A stretch of DNA of 64,000 nt, from the NCBI GenBank assembly GCA_965223855.1, contig CBDCXM010000009.1, positions 3,162,006-3,226,005 on the forward strand, in the 5' to 3' direction. Of this stretch, positions 39,171-49,602 are shown piece by piece (positions within the stretch are counted from its first letter, which is position 1; every line of letters begins with the position of its first letter). The notes under the pieces are model-generated. The model ran no database searches, was not told where the DNA came from, and saw nothing but the letters and a program-made list of their open reading frames with translations. Position numbers and translations under genes: made by a program. This stretch comes from Candidatus Multivoradales bacterium (GTDB taxonomy: Bacteria > Acidobacteriota > Thermoanaerobaculia > Multivoradales > JAHEKO01).

Positions 39171-40304
39171 TCAGTCGCCGCCGGAGGCCGATTCGGGAGA
39201 CGGGTCCGCCGCCGTTCCCGGCTCGTCGTCGCGCACCTGATAAATGCGCGATTCGCGGTAGAGCTTCAGCCAGTGGCGGACGAACACCTGGATCGCGGCC
39301 GCGACCGGGACGGCGATCAGCAGCCCGAGGAAACCGAACAGACTGCCGCCGGCGATCACCGCCAGCAGCACCCACACCGGATGCAGGTTGACGCTCTTGC
39401 TGAGGATGCGGGGGCTCAGGACGGTCCCCTCGAGCATCTGGGCGCCGCTGAACACGGCGACCACTCCGAGGGCCATCAACCAGCTCTGGTGTTCCGCCCA
39501 CGACAGCAGCACCGCCGGCAGCAGGCCGACGATCAGCGCCATGTACGGGATCATGTTGGCGATTCCCGCCGTCAGACCGAGGGCGAGGCCGAACGGCACG
39601 TCAAGCAGCACCAGGCCGATCGCGTTGATGACGCCGAGGATGACGGCGATGGTCAGCTGGCCGCGCAGGAAGCTGGCGACGGCGAGATCCACCTCGCCCA
39701 CTCGCGCGAGTGTCACGTCGCGATAGGGCACCGGGATGAGCGACGTGATCCCCTCCTTGAGCTTCGGCCAGTCGACCAGGAGGTAGAAGGCGAACACCGG
39801 CACGAACACCAGGTTGAGGAGGAAGAGGAAGAAGTCGAGCAGGTTGCCGAAGAGACCGGAGACCCACTTGCCGACCGAGCCTGCGACCTTGGGCAGGTTC
39901 TCGCGCAGCCCTTCGACCGCGCGCGTCTGGAGGTCGCCGATCTCGTCGGGATAGCGCGCTTCGAGCCGGTCGAACAGCGGCTTGATCTGCGCCCGGATCC
40001 GCTCCTGGTACTCCGGCAGCCGGTCTGCGAGCCGGTCGAGCTGGGTGCCGATGGTCGGGATGACGAAGAAGAGCGTCGTGCCGATCGCCACCAGCAGCAG
40101 CACCGCCAGCACGACCACGCCGAAGGCGCGCGAGCGACCGCGGCGCTCGAACCAGCTCACCAGCGGATCGAAGAGATAGGCGAGCCCCAGCCCGAGGAGC
40201 AGCGGCTGGAAGATGCCGCGGAAGAGGATCAGGAGCGTCACCACGACGGCGAGGCTGCCGAGGAAAACGATCAGTCGCAGGACTGCCGGGTCGGGTTTAC
40301 GCAA
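39171..40304 (-). CDS. AI-2E family transporter
   Basis: FLRGQL, NMIPY and PRILSKSVNLHP motifs; multiple TM segments. Confidence 0.88.
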   Translation of the reverse strand: MRKPDPAVLRLIVFLGSLAVVVTLLILFRGIFQPLLLGLGLAYLFDPLVSWFERRGRSRAFGVVVLAVLLLVAIGTTLFFVIPTIGTQLDRLADRLPEYQERIRAQIKPLFDRLEARYPDEIGDLQTRAVEGLRENLPKVAGSVGKWVSGLFGNLLDFFLFLLNLVFVPVFAFYLLVDWPKLKEGITSLIPVPYRDVTLARVGEVDLAVASFLRGQLTIAVILGVINAIGLVLLDVPFGLALGLTAGIANMIPYMALIVGLLPAVLLSWAEHQSWLMALGVVAVFSGAQMLEGTVLSPRILSKSVNLHPVWVLLAVIAGGSLFGFLGLLIAVPVAAAIQVFVRHWLKLYRESRIYQVRDDEPGTAADPSPESASGGD

Positions 40305-40887
40305 CGTCTCCTCCTCCCGAGGTCGGCTCGCTCGCGGCGGGCGGCTCGGAGCTCATCTGGCTGGCCCGGTAGATGTAGTCGCAGCCCGAAAGGACGGTGA
40401 AGAAGGCGACGAGATAGATGCACACCGTCGCCGGCACGATCATCGACGGTACCGGGCCGGTCACGAGGACCAGGGCGACGCCGAGCACCTGCAGCACCGT
40501 ATTCAGCTTGCTGATGCGGGTCGGCGGAAATTTGGTGACTCCGAGGGCGAGCGACAGGACGAGGGCGATCACGAGGATCAGGAGGTCGCGGGTCAGCACG
40601 AGCACGGTGACCCAGATCGGGATCTTCAGCAGATCGGGGTTGACGGCGGGGATGCTGAGAACGATGTAGGCGCTCGTCAAGAGCAGCTTGTCGGCGAGCG
40701 GGTCGAGATAGGCGCCGAGCGCCGACGCCTGCCGAAACACGCGGGCGAGGAAGCCGTCGAGCGCATCGGTCAGGCCGGCGACGACGAACACCGCGAGCGC
40801 CTTGCCCGCCTCGCCGTTGAGCAGCGCGATGATGAAGAGCGGGATCATCCCCATCCGCAGCAGGGTGAGCAGGTTGGGGAGATTCAC
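40297..40887 (-). CDS. CDP-alcohol phosphatidyltransferase (PgsA-like)
   Basis: NLPNLLTLLR...TDALDGFLAR...GAYLDPLADK. Confidence 0.9.
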   Translation of the reverse strand: MNLPNLLTLLRMGMIPLFIIALLNGEAGKALAVFVVAGLTDALDGFLARVFRQASALGAYLDPLADKLLLTSAYIVLSIPAVNPDLLKIPIWVTVLVLTRDLLILVIALVLSLALGVTKFPPTRISKLNTVLQVLGVALVLVTGPVPSMIVPATVCIYLVAFFTVLSGCDYIYRASQMSSEPPAASEPTSGGGDVA

Positions 40888-40888
40888 G

Positions 40889-42259
40889 TCAGCCGGTCTC
40901 CAGCTCCTGACTGACCCGTCGCGCGAGATCCATCGCCGCGCGCCCCGAAAGCGGAGCACTCGGCAGGCACTCCCCAGGCTCCTCGAGCAGGCCGCAGCTC
41001 GCCGACAGCTTGCACACGGTCCCGGTGTCGAGCTCGTCCTCGACGGCTACGGCCCCGAGGCACGCCGGCGAGGCGTCGGCGCGCGCCAGCACGCGGAGCA
41101 TCGTCGTCAGGCCGTCCTCCCGGGTCGCTTCGCTGCCCGGCCGGAAGGCGTGGAGGTTTGGGTCGATGTCCATCAGCCCGAGGTTGACGACCCGCACGAT
41201 CTCGGCCCGGTGGGCGTGATCGAACACGTCGTTGGCGATCACCGCGTCGCTCGGCCGCTGGTAGCGCACCGTCGGGAAGACCCAGTAGACGAGCACCGCC
41301 AGTTCGCTGCGATCGATCTGCGACGGCCGGTCGAGGCCGCGCGCCGCCGCAGGCAGCAACGTCAGCCGCCAGTCGAAGCGCGCCTCCTCGAGACGCCGGT
41401 TGAGCTGCTCGTCTGCGGGCCACTCGCGCAGCAGGTCCTCGAGGATCTTCATGCCGGCCCCGGCGTCGCCGACCGCCAGCTCGAGCTCCGCCTGTCGTTC
41501 CCTCAACGGGCGCTCGGGGTCGCCACGCGAGGCGAGGGCGCGAACGAGCCGCAGCTCGAGAGGTCGGTCGCCGAGAGTGGCGGCGAGGTCGCTGATCAGA
41601 TGAAGCGTGTCGTCGTCGTCGGGAGCCCACTGCTGGAGCTGCGAGAGCTCCCGACCCGCGCCCTCGGCGTCACCCGCCTCGAACAGGGTCCGGATCTGCT
41701 CGGCGGCAACCCGACTCGCCTCAGGGGCGATCGTCTCCCAGCGGCTTCGCGCCAGTGCGCTGCGATCGGAGACCGCGCGGTAGGACGCCGCTGCGACGGC
41801 GAGATCGCCTGTCGTCTCCGCGCACCGCCCGAGAGCCAGCCGTGCGGCGAGGTACCCGTCGAACGCCTCGACGATCGGAGCCAGCCGGTCCAGCGCCAGG
41901 TCGCACCGTTCGTCGAAGAAATCGGCCTGCGCGGTCAGAACCGCCGCCGGTGGCTCCGCACCCTCCGACCCTCTCCATCGATCGGCGCTCGCGCGAGCCT
42001 CGGAGGTCGAGCCTCCCCGCATGAGGAGCTGGTGGGCGCGATCGAGCGCGCGAGCCGCCTCACTGTCGAGCGCAACGTCGTAGCCGCTCGTCGGCGCGAC
42101 CAGCAGCGGCTCGCGACGGAACCCCGCCTCAGGGTCCGCTACCGGCCGACGAGGGCCGCCGCAACTCCAGACGGTCGCGGCGATGAGAGCGCAAACGAGC
42201 CACCGGCCCGCAAGCGCCCGGCGGCGCTCACCGCGACTCTTCGATCGTCGCGATGGCAT
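40889..42259 (-). CDS. TPR lipoprotein with SLH-like C-terminal region
   Basis: Lipobox-like VWSC; DVFDHAHRAEI...LGLM...FRPGSEATRED resembles an SLH motif. Confidence 0.65.
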   Translation of the reverse strand: MPSRRSKSRGERRRALAGRWLVCALIAATVWSCGGPRRPVADPEAGFRREPLLVAPTSGYDVALDSEAARALDRAHQLLMRGGSTSEARASADRWRGSEGAEPPAAVLTAQADFFDERCDLALDRLAPIVEAFDGYLAARLALGRCAETTGDLAVAAASYRAVSDRSALARSRWETIAPEASRVAAEQIRTLFEAGDAEGAGRELSQLQQWAPDDDDTLHLISDLAATLGDRPLELRLVRALASRGDPERPLRERQAELELAVGDAGAGMKILEDLLREWPADEQLNRRLEEARFDWRLTLLPAAARGLDRPSQIDRSELAVLVYWVFPTVRYQRPSDAVIANDVFDHAHRAEIVRVVNLGLMDIDPNLHAFRPGSEATREDGLTTMLRVLARADASPACLGAVAVEDELDTGTVCKLSASCGLLEEPGECLPSAPLSGRAAMDLARRVSQELETG

Positions 42260-42434
42260 GCTTGTAGACGAGAACCTCGTGCTCATCTTCCTCCAGCACG
42301 ATGGCGAACCGGTCGAACCGCTTGACCGTTCCGGTCAGGGTGCTGCCGGTGATGAGTCCCACCAGCATCGGCGTGTTCGCCTTGAGATTCTGAAACAGGT
42401 ACCCGTCCTGTATGTTGATATTCGGTTTGGCCAT
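42228..42434 (-). CDS. hfq: RNA chaperone Hfq
   Basis: NIQDGYL...LTGTVKRFDRFAIVL...LVYKHAIATI; directly after miaA. Confidence 0.95.
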   Translation of the reverse strand: MAKPNINIQDGYLFQNLKANTPMLVGLITGSTLTGTVKRFDRFAIVLEEDEHEVLVYKHAIATIEESR

Positions 42435-42436
42435 TT

Positions 42437-43372
42437 TCACTCTCCCAGTCGCCCACGTAGCGCTCTCTCCATACGCTCCGCGGCCGTCGGCCCTTCCAGC
42501 GCTTCGATCCAATCGATGTCCGCCTGCGCGCGAAACCACGTGAGCTGGCGCTTGGCGAACCGCCTCGTCTCTTTCTTGATGTCCTCGAGTGCCTGCTCTC
42601 GGGACCAGATTCCCTGAAGGTGTCGAACGACCTGGCGATAACCGATCGCCTGGAACGCCGGGTCCGATGGCAGACATCCTCCGGCCAGTAGCTCTTCCAC
42701 CTCCCGTGCCCAGCCGGCCTCGAACATTGCGTCCACCCGGCGAGCGATTCGATCGTACAAGACGCTTCGAGGAAGGGTCAATCCGAAGGCACCGACGAGG
42801 GTGATCGGCGGCTCGGGAGCCTGTTCTCGCCACCAGGAAGCGAGGCCGCGGCCGGTCGCGCGCACCACTTCGACCGCCCGCTGCACTCTCTGCGAGTCCC
42901 CGGGCGCGAGGCCGGAGGCCGTCTCCGGATCCCGAGTCTCGAGCTCTTCGAGCAGCGACTCGAGGCCCTCCTCCTCGGCCTGCTTCCGCACCGCATCGCG
43001 GATCTCGTCGGGCACCTTCGGGATCGGGCTCAGACCCCGCATCAGCGCCCGAAGGTAGAAGCCGCTGCCGCCGACGACGAGCGGCCAGCGGCCTCGGCGG
43101 CGGATCTCCCGCAACGCCGGCAGGGCACGCCGCCGGAACTCACCGGCGGAAAACGGCTCGGAGGGGTCGAGGATGTCGATCAGGTGGTGAGGGACGCGCT
43201 CCCGCTCGGCGGCACTCGGCTTGGCGGTGCCGATGTCGAGCCCGCGGTAGACCTGCAGTGCGTCGCTGTTGACGACCTCGATCGGCAGCCGACCCGCCAG
43301 CTCGAGGGCCACGGCGGTCTTGCCGGTCGCCGTGGGTCCGGCGAGAACGAGGGTCCAGGGTCGCTCCTCCAC
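42437..43372 (-). CDS. miaA: tRNA dimethylallyltransferase
   Basis: GPTATGKT, DALQVYRGLDIGTAKP and TRRFAKRQLTWFR motifs. Confidence 0.96.
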   Translation of the reverse strand: MEERPWTLVLAGPTATGKTAVALELAGRLPIEVVNSDALQVYRGLDIGTAKPSAAERERVPHHLIDILDPSEPFSAGEFRRRALPALREIRRRGRWPLVVGGSGFYLRALMRGLSPIPKVPDEIRDAVRKQAEEEGLESLLEELETRDPETASGLAPGDSQRVQRAVEVVRATGRGLASWWREQAPEPPITLVGAFGLTLPRSVLYDRIARRVDAMFEAGWAREVEELLAGGCLPSDPAFQAIGYRQVVRHLQGIWSREQALEDIKKETRRFAKRQLTWFRAQADIDWIEALEGPTAAERMERALRGRLGE

Positions 43373-43407
43373 GGCGCCATTCTACGGAGCGGTGTGAGAA
43401 GGACGGG

Positions 43408-45690
43408 CTAGGGCGGAGCCGCCGGCGTCGAGACGTGCCATGCGCCCTTCTCCCGCCAGCGGACGGTGACCCGGCCGGCGCGCGCCGTCGACAGCCAACG
43501 GACCCCCTGCTGGTGGAGCCGCCGTTGCAGCAACTCGGCCGGATGCCCGAACGGGTTGCCGCGGCCGCACGAGATGACGGCGAACCGCGGCCGCACGGCG
43601 CGCAGCCATGGGAGGTCGGTGGACGATGCGCTGCCGTGATGGGCGACCTTCAGCAGGTCGGCGCGCAGCGAGCCCTGTGGCGTGTGGCGCAGCAACTCTC
43701 TCTCACCGGAGCGCTCCAGGTCCCCGGTCCACAGAACTCTCCTCCCCCAGCGCGTGGTTCGCAGCACCAGCGAGCCTTCGTTGCCGGAGGCTCGCGTGCC
43801 GGCCTGTGGTGAGAGAACCTCGACCGACCAGCCCCTCCACGCCAGCTCCATCCCGCGCCACAGCGGCCGCACCGTGACACCGGGACGCGACAGAAGGCGG
43901 CGGCCGCAGGCCGAGCGCGCCGTCGCCGGGTGCATCCACACCTCACCGATCGTCCACGCCTCCGAAAGCTCTTCGGCGCCGCCGCAGTGGTCGCGGTCAC
44001 CGTGACTGACGACGAGCACCTCGATCCTGCGGACTCCCAGCCGGCCGAGGGCCGGCACCAGCACCGCCGATGCGATCCCCGACGAGCGCCATCCCCCGGC
44101 GTCGATCAGGAGTGCTGCGTCCCCGACCTGCAGCACGGCGGAGTCGCCCTGGCCGACGTCGAGGAAATGGACCACGGCCTCTCCTGAAGAGCGCTCTCCC
44201 CCTTCCCCGGGCGCTCCGACGGCGACCAGAGCGATCGTGACCGCCGTCACCACTGCGAGCCGGGGGTGACGCCGGCGCCAACCGAGCCACACCACAGCGG
44301 CGAGCCATCCCCAGGGCGGCCCGGCCGGCGGCCATGCCCGCCCTCCTGCCAGCGCCGGTGGCAGACCGGCGGGTGCGCTCAGCACCGCGGCCGCGACGTC
44401 GAGGCCCAAGGCCGGCAGAGGGGCCGCCTCCGGTGCGATGGAGAGGAGGACGAGGAGGCACAGCGCGACGAGCGTCGTGGCGGCGATCAGCGGCAGGTAG
44501 AGCAGGTTCCACAGCCATGCCCACGACGGCAGCCACGAGGCAAGCGGCAGAGCGAACGGCAGGGTCGCCGTCTGGGCGGCGAGCGAGGTCTCGACGAGGC
44601 CGGGTTGCGTCCCTCCGCGTTGCGACGGGCCGGGGGCTCCAGCGAGCCCGCTCGCCAGCCGGTGCAGGGACACGATCCCGGCCGTAGCGGCGAACGTGAG
44701 CTGATACGAGGGGTCCGAAACGATCCACGGGTCGTGGACGGCGAGGACGACCGCGGCCCAGAGCAGCGCGTGGCCGGGCCGCGGCGATCGCCCGACGGCG
44801 AGGGAGAGGATCACCGCGCCGACCATCCACCAGGACCGGACCAGGCTGGGACGGGCCCCGGCGAGCAGCAGGTAACCGCTCGCGACGGCAATCACCAGGG
44901 CCGCACGCGGCCCGGGGGACAACCTGCGACCGGCACCGGCGACCGTCATCGCGACCAAACCGAGATGCAACCCGGAGAGCGCGACGACATGCGCCAGCCC
45001 GACCCGTCTGAGCCCGCGCAGCACCGGATCCCCCAGTGCCCGGGCGTCCCCCAACCCCAGAGCCTTGACGACCCCGGCTGCGGGTCGCTCTCCCAGCATC
45101 GAGTCGATCCGCTCGACCAGCAAGCGACGCCAGGCGCCGAGACCGCGCGCGAACGGTCCGGGAGGCGACGCCGTCTCTTCGACCAGCCGGGCACTGCCGA
45201 CGGACAGCACCGGCACCCGGGAACGTCGGCTTCCCAAGCCAGCCACCAGGTTGGCGGCGCGGCGGGCAGGGCGGAGCCGGCCTCGAACCCTCAGCTCCCG
45301 CACGTCGGTCTGCGCCTCTGCCGGGAGCAACGCGAAGACCGCACCGCCGAAGACGGAGGTCCGCCCGCCGACGGTCGCTCGCAGCAGCCGCGCCCTGCCG
45401 CTCCAGCGCCCTTCGGCAACGCGCCACGGGCCGACTCTCTCGACCGTCGCCGCGACCACCACTTCGCTCACCGGGTCGAGGCTCGGCGGTCTACCCCACA
45501 CCGCGAGCAGGCCGAGCGACAGCCCCACCGCCGCATGGCGCACCGTTCCCCGAGCGGCCAACGATGCGCCCAGCAACGCGACGGCAGCCGTCGGCACGGC
45601 GACGCCGAGGAGGCGTGCGCCGACCACGCCGCTCAGCAGAGCGACCGCGGTGACGAGAGACGGCGAACAGCGAGCGAGCAGATTGCCCAC
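43408..45690 (-). CDS. comEC: ComEC/Rec2 competence protein
   Basis: HVVALSGLH, FLDVGQGD, SHGDRDH and KVAHHGS motifs. Confidence 0.9.
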   Translation of the reverse strand: MGNLLARCSPSLVTAVALLSGVVGARLLGVAVPTAAVALLGASLAARGTVRHAAVGLSLGLLAVWGRPPSLDPVSEVVVAATVERVGPWRVAEGRWSGRARLLRATVGGRTSVFGGAVFALLPAEAQTDVRELRVRGRLRPARRAANLVAGLGSRRSRVPVLSVGSARLVEETASPPGPFARGLGAWRRLLVERIDSMLGERPAAGVVKALGLGDARALGDPVLRGLRRVGLAHVVALSGLHLGLVAMTVAGAGRRLSPGPRAALVIAVASGYLLLAGARPSLVRSWWMVGAVILSLAVGRSPRPGHALLWAAVVLAVHDPWIVSDPSYQLTFAATAGIVSLHRLASGLAGAPGPSQRGGTQPGLVETSLAAQTATLPFALPLASWLPSWAWLWNLLYLPLIAATTLVALCLLVLLSIAPEAAPLPALGLDVAAAVLSAPAGLPPALAGGRAWPPAGPPWGWLAAVVWLGWRRRHPRLAVVTAVTIALVAVGAPGEGGERSSGEAVVHFLDVGQGDSAVLQVGDAALLIDAGGWRSSGIASAVLVPALGRLGVRRIEVLVVSHGDRDHCGGAEELSEAWTIGEVWMHPATARSACGRRLLSRPGVTVRPLWRGMELAWRGWSVEVLSPQAGTRASGNEGSLVLRTTRWGRRVLWTGDLERSGERELLRHTPQGSLRADLLKVAHHGSASSTDLPWLRAVRPRFAVISCGRGNPFGHPAELLQRRLHQQGVRWLSTARAGRVTVRWREKGAWHVSTPAAPP

Positions 45691-45821
45691 ACGCCGACAG
45701 ACGCGAAGACGACCCCGATTCCTCGCACCCGGCGAGGCCTCGCGGCAGCCTCCTCTACCCCGACTGGGGCGTCAGGGTGCGACGGTCGCTGACGTTGCGG
45801 TCTAGAGCAACGGTGCGACGT

Positions 45822-46631
45822 TCAGCGACCGTCTCCCGAATCGTCCTCGACCGGATCTGCCGGAGGTGGAGAGAACGCAGCGGAGTCGAACTCCGGGTCG
45901 ATCTCCAGCCGGTCGATCGACAGGCTCTCGAGCCGGTGTCCGAACTCCCAGTCGATCTGATGAGGTACCACCAGTTCCCCGACCGTGCGGAAGTCGTCGA
46001 AGAAGATCCGCTGCTCGACCGGCTCGCCGCTCTGGGTGAAGTCCTGCACCCGGCTGTCGACAGCGACTTCGAGCCCGGTTTCGGCGTCGAGGTGCCAACG
46101 CTCCTCCCGATCCTCATCGAGGCGCAGTCGCAGCTCGACGGTCGCGATGCCGTCAACCTCCGAAGGACCCACCCACTCGATCGCGAGACCCTGCGAATGC
46201 GCGCTCAGCAGGCCGGGACCGAACCACGACTCGCGCTCGAGCTGGGTTCGGTACGGCCCCTCCTCGATCCTCCCCGGCTGTGGCTGCAACAGCTTGTGCT
46301 GCCACCAGACACCCTGCTCGTCGCGGGCGCGAATCGCCGGCGCTTCGAGCAGCTGGAAGTCGAGCCGGTAGCGAGTCTCCTCCGCCCGCAGGAGGGTGAA
46401 GTCGGAGCGCTGGGAGAAGGCCGAGTAGCTCCCCTCGGCCCGGAGCGCCGTCACCCGCCCCCACGCCTCCCTGCCGCCGCGAGCCTCGAAGTGGTGCTCG
46501 AGCACCTCGAGCGTCCGGGTCGCAGGGTCGCCGTCCGTCGGTACGGCTTCCTGCGCGGCCAGGGCGTTCGTCAATCCTGCGATCGCCACCACGGCAACGA
46601 TCGGCAGCCAGCTCCTGTTTCGCAGGGTCAT
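45822..46631 (-). CDS. Hypothetical secreted protein (LolA-like/DUF4292-like)
   Basis: Signal peptide; ARGGREAW and FDDFRTVGELVVPH motifs. Confidence 0.6.
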   Translation of the reverse strand: MTLRNRSWLPIVAVVAIAGLTNALAAQEAVPTDGDPATRTLEVLEHHFEARGGREAWGRVTALRAEGSYSAFSQRSDFTLLRAEETRYRLDFQLLEAPAIRARDEQGVWWQHKLLQPQPGRIEEGPYRTQLERESWFGPGLLSAHSQGLAIEWVGPSEVDGIATVELRLRLDEDREERWHLDAETGLEVAVDSRVQDFTQSGEPVEQRIFFDDFRTVGELVVPHQIDWEFGHRLESLSIDRLEIDPEFDSAAFSPPPADPVEDDSGDGR

Positions 46632-47926
46632 CGCGCACCTCCCTGGGCCGCATCGGAACTCGCCGCCTCGGAATGGGAGTCGCGTTCCCGCACGTCGTAG
46701 GCGACGATTTCGTCGAAGTCGCGCACGAAGAGGCGCCCGTCGGCCAGCGCCGGCGCGGTCCAGGCTCGGCCGCTCATCGCCTGCACTCTGCCGTGCTCCC
46801 GGTAGCCGTCACGGGTCGTCTCCACCAGCACCAGGGTGCCGTCGTCGCCGAGGACGAAGAGCCGGTCGTCCGCGGCGATCAACGACCCCTTGCCGAGTCC
46901 TCGACGAGCCCAGAGCTTCTCACCGGCGGCAGCGTCGAGGCAGCGGAGCGTGCCGTTGTCGAAGCCGTAGAGCGCTCCTCCCACCGCGACCGCCGAGTTG
47001 AAGTGGTTGCGCATCAGCCGCTCGCCCCAGGCTTCCGCGACCTCCCAGCCCGACTCGCCACGGGTGACCTCGAGCATCAGGCCGCCCATCGCGTCGTCGG
47101 CGGTCGCCACGAAGACACGGTCCGGCGGCAGGAAGATCGGACTGGTGATGATCGCCAGTCCGTCGGTCGCATGCCTCCACAGCACCTCGCCTTCGGCACC
47201 GAGCGATACGACCTCGGCGCCGGCACGCCGGAACAGCAGGTACTGAGGCGTTCCGTCGATCTCGACGGCAACGGGCGACGAGTAGCCGGCCGGGCCTTCG
47301 AGGGCCTCCCACCTGAGCTCACCGGTCGCAGCGTCGTAAGCCCTCACTCCCGGCTCTTCCGAGGTGGCGCCCGCCTCGACGATCACCAGGCCCCGGTCGA
47401 CCAGCGGCGACACCGAGTAGCCGAAGCGAGGCGCCTGCTCCGGATCCATCAACGGCCGGCGCCACAGTTCCGCGCCACTGGTGTCGAGCGCCACGAGCAC
47501 CCCGGCAGAAGAGACCGTATGGACCCTGCCTTCGACGACCGCCGGTGTCGAGCGCGGGCCGGTGTCGTCGAGGTCCGAGGCCTTGCTCGCTCCGACCGGA
47601 TGCCGCCAGCGGACCTCGCCGGTCGCGGCGTCGAGCGCCAGCACCTCCTCCTCTCCGTCGGAGGAAGCCATCGTGTACAGCACTCCGTCGGCGACCGCTG
47701 CCGCGGAGTAACCCGCCCCGATCGGTCGGCGCCACAGTTCGCGGGGACCTTCGGACGACCACTCGCGGGCCAGACCCTGCTCGTCGCTCCGTCCGTGCCG
47801 GGTCGGGCCACGGAACTGCGACCAGTCGGAAGCATGCACAACCGATGGGCTCCACGCCAGGGCAAGGATGACGGCAACGGCGAGCCCCCAACCTGCCGAT
47901 CGAGGTCCTGATGACGATTCGCTCAC
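46628..47926 (-). CDS. PQQ-like beta-propeller (BamB-like) protein
   Basis: DWSQFRGPTRHG, LWRRPIGAGYS, GYSSP and WTAPALADGRLFVRD motifs. Confidence 0.88.
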   Translation of the reverse strand: MSESSSGPRSAGWGLAVAVILALAWSPSVVHASDWSQFRGPTRHGRSDEQGLAREWSSEGPRELWRRPIGAGYSAAAVADGVLYTMASSDGEEEVLALDAATGEVRWRHPVGASKASDLDDTGPRSTPAVVEGRVHTVSSAGVLVALDTSGAELWRRPLMDPEQAPRFGYSVSPLVDRGLVIVEAGATSEEPGVRAYDAATGELRWEALEGPAGYSSPVAVEIDGTPQYLLFRRAGAEVVSLGAEGEVLWRHATDGLAIITSPIFLPPDRVFVATADDAMGGLMLEVTRGESGWEVAEAWGERLMRNHFNSAVAVGGALYGFDNGTLRCLDAAAGEKLWARRGLGKGSLIAADDRLFVLGDDGTLVLVETTRDGYREHGRVQAMSGRAWTAPALADGRLFVRDFDEIVAYDVRERDSHSEAASSDAAQGGAR

Positions 47927-47984
47927 AGTCGTTCCTCCTCGCTGCACTCCGTGACCGGTGGCCGAAGCCCCCTCCAGTCGTCCT

Positions 47985-48683
47985 TTACGGCGCCGTCGGG
48001 CGAGGGTTGCTCGCCTCAGGTGCGAAGAGCGAGAGCACCGGCAGCCCGAGATGCCGCCGCAGGGCGTCCCGCACCAGACGATCGCGCGCCGCCGACGCCG
48101 CCTTCTCTCCCACTCTCCCGGCGACGGCGACGGCCGCCTCCGAAGCTTCCGCTTCGGCCCGTCGCCACAGCCGACCGTCCTCGACCTCCCTCAACGATGC
48201 GAAGAGTCGCTCTTCGATCGCCGCCAGGCCGCGCTCGACCGTCTCCGGTACCGGCGCCTTCGCGCCGGAACCGCCGAGAGCCTCCACCTCGCCGGGCCAA
48301 CCGGCCCGTGCGGGCAACTCTTCGGGGAGCGCGTCGCCGAGCGCTGCCGCGAGCGCCTTGAGCCGACCCGACACGTCGAGAGCGTAGCCCTCCTCGGCCG
48401 GCTGGGAAGGATCGAGCTCCCGACGCTCCCCCCAGAGTTCCTCGACCGCGGAACTGCAGTAGCGCAGGCCCTGCACCGGAGTGGTCGCGCCTCGCTCCCG
48501 GCGGCGCTCGAAGAGCTCCTCCATCGCTTCGACGACGACGGCGAGCGGCACTCCCGCTTCGTGCCACCTCGAGGCGACCCTCCAGTCGGAGGGCGACAAC
48601 AGGAACGGCGCTCCGCGGAGGCGCACGAACGCCTCCTCGATGGCGCGGAAGTACGCGAAGCCCGGATCCGTGTCGCCCTTCAC
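47985..48683 (-). CDS. Conserved hypothetical protein
   Basis: YFRAIEEAFVRLRGAPFLLSPSDW...LRRHLGLPVLSLF; GTG start. Confidence 0.65.
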   Translation of the reverse strand: MKGDTDPGFAYFRAIEEAFVRLRGAPFLLSPSDWRVASRWHEAGVPLAVVVEAMEELFERRRERGATTPVQGLRYCSSAVEELWGERRELDPSQPAEEGYALDVSGRLKALAAALGDALPEELPARAGWPGEVEALGGSGAKAPVPETVERGLAAIEERLFASLREVEDGRLWRRAEAEASEAAVAVAGRVGEKAASAARDRLVRDALRRHLGLPVLSLFAPEASNPRPTAP

Positions 48684-48735
48684 CGCGCTACCTTATCCGC
48701 GGGCCTGGACTCGCGACAGGCGCCGGAGCCTTCCT

Positions 48736-49602
48736 CTACTCCTCGCTCGAAGGCAGCTCGACGACTCCGGCGCTCAGCCGTCGGATCGATCCCTCGACCC
48801 GCAGCTCGAGCCGTCCCCGGGCGTCGAGGTCGACGAAGGCCCCTTCGACCACCTCCTCCGAACTCCTGACGAGGAGACGGTCTCCCTCCCGATGACAGGT
48901 GAGGCTGCGCCACGCGTCCACCGTCGCGGCGAATTCCCTCGAACCACCGATCCAGCCCTCGACCTCCTCGACGAAGCCGGCGGTCTCGCCGGCGAGGTGT
49001 GCTCCCCCTCTCCCCGACTCGTTCTCCATCGCGGTGGGAGCTTCGATCGAGCCCGTCTCGACGGCGCTCCGTTCGGCTTCGAGACTGGTCGCCTCGGCAG
49101 GCAGCGTAGCCACCGACTCGACGTTGACGCCGAGGCTCACGACCGCCACGGCTCGATCGCCCCGGGAGCGGCCATCCACCAGCACTCCGGCAATCTTGTG
49201 CCCCCTCACCAGCACGTCGTTGGGCCACTTCAGCTCGGCTCTCACCCCGAGTTGCCGCAGCTGCCGTGCCGCCGCGACGGCGACCGCCAGCGGCAGCCGG
49301 GTCAGGAGTGGGGCCTCGATCGTGGTGACGGCGGTCGCGTAGACACCGCTCCCGGCGGGGCTGTGCCAACTCCTCTGCTGCCGCCCCTCGCCCGAGGTCT
49401 GCTCCCAAGCGAGCAGCCATGCCGGGCGCTCCCTGTCGATGTCGTCGAGCGCCGCCGCGAGGCTGCGGCCCAGCCGATGGGTCGACCGCGTCTGCGACAG
49501 GAGGGCGACGTCGCGGCCCGTCGCGGCCGCCCAGCGGCTGAGAGCCCGCCGCCAGCGCCGAAGCTCGTCCCTGCTCGCGGAGCCGCTCAGTGTCCCGCTC
49601 AG
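48736..49602 (-). CDS. birA: Biotin--[acetyl-CoA-carboxylase] ligase, probable CTG start
   Basis: The frame is open upstream of the ORF-track start and contains [17 protein letters not shown]. Also LKWPND, KIAGVL and LGVNV motifs. Confidence 0.85.
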   Translation of the reverse strand: MSGTLSGSASRDELRRWRRALSRWAAATGRDVALLSQTRSTHRLGRSLAAALDDIDRERPAWLLAWEQTSGEGRQQRSWHSPAGSGVYATAVTTIEAPLLTRLPLAVAVAAARQLRQLGVRAELKWPNDVLVRGHKIAGVLVDGRSRGDRAVAVVSLGVNVESVATLPAEATSLEAERSAVETGSIEAPTAMENESGRGGAHLAGETAGFVEEVEGWIGGSREFAATVDAWRSLTCHREGDRLLVRSSEEVVEGAFVDLDARGRLELRVEGSIRRLSAGVVELPSSEE

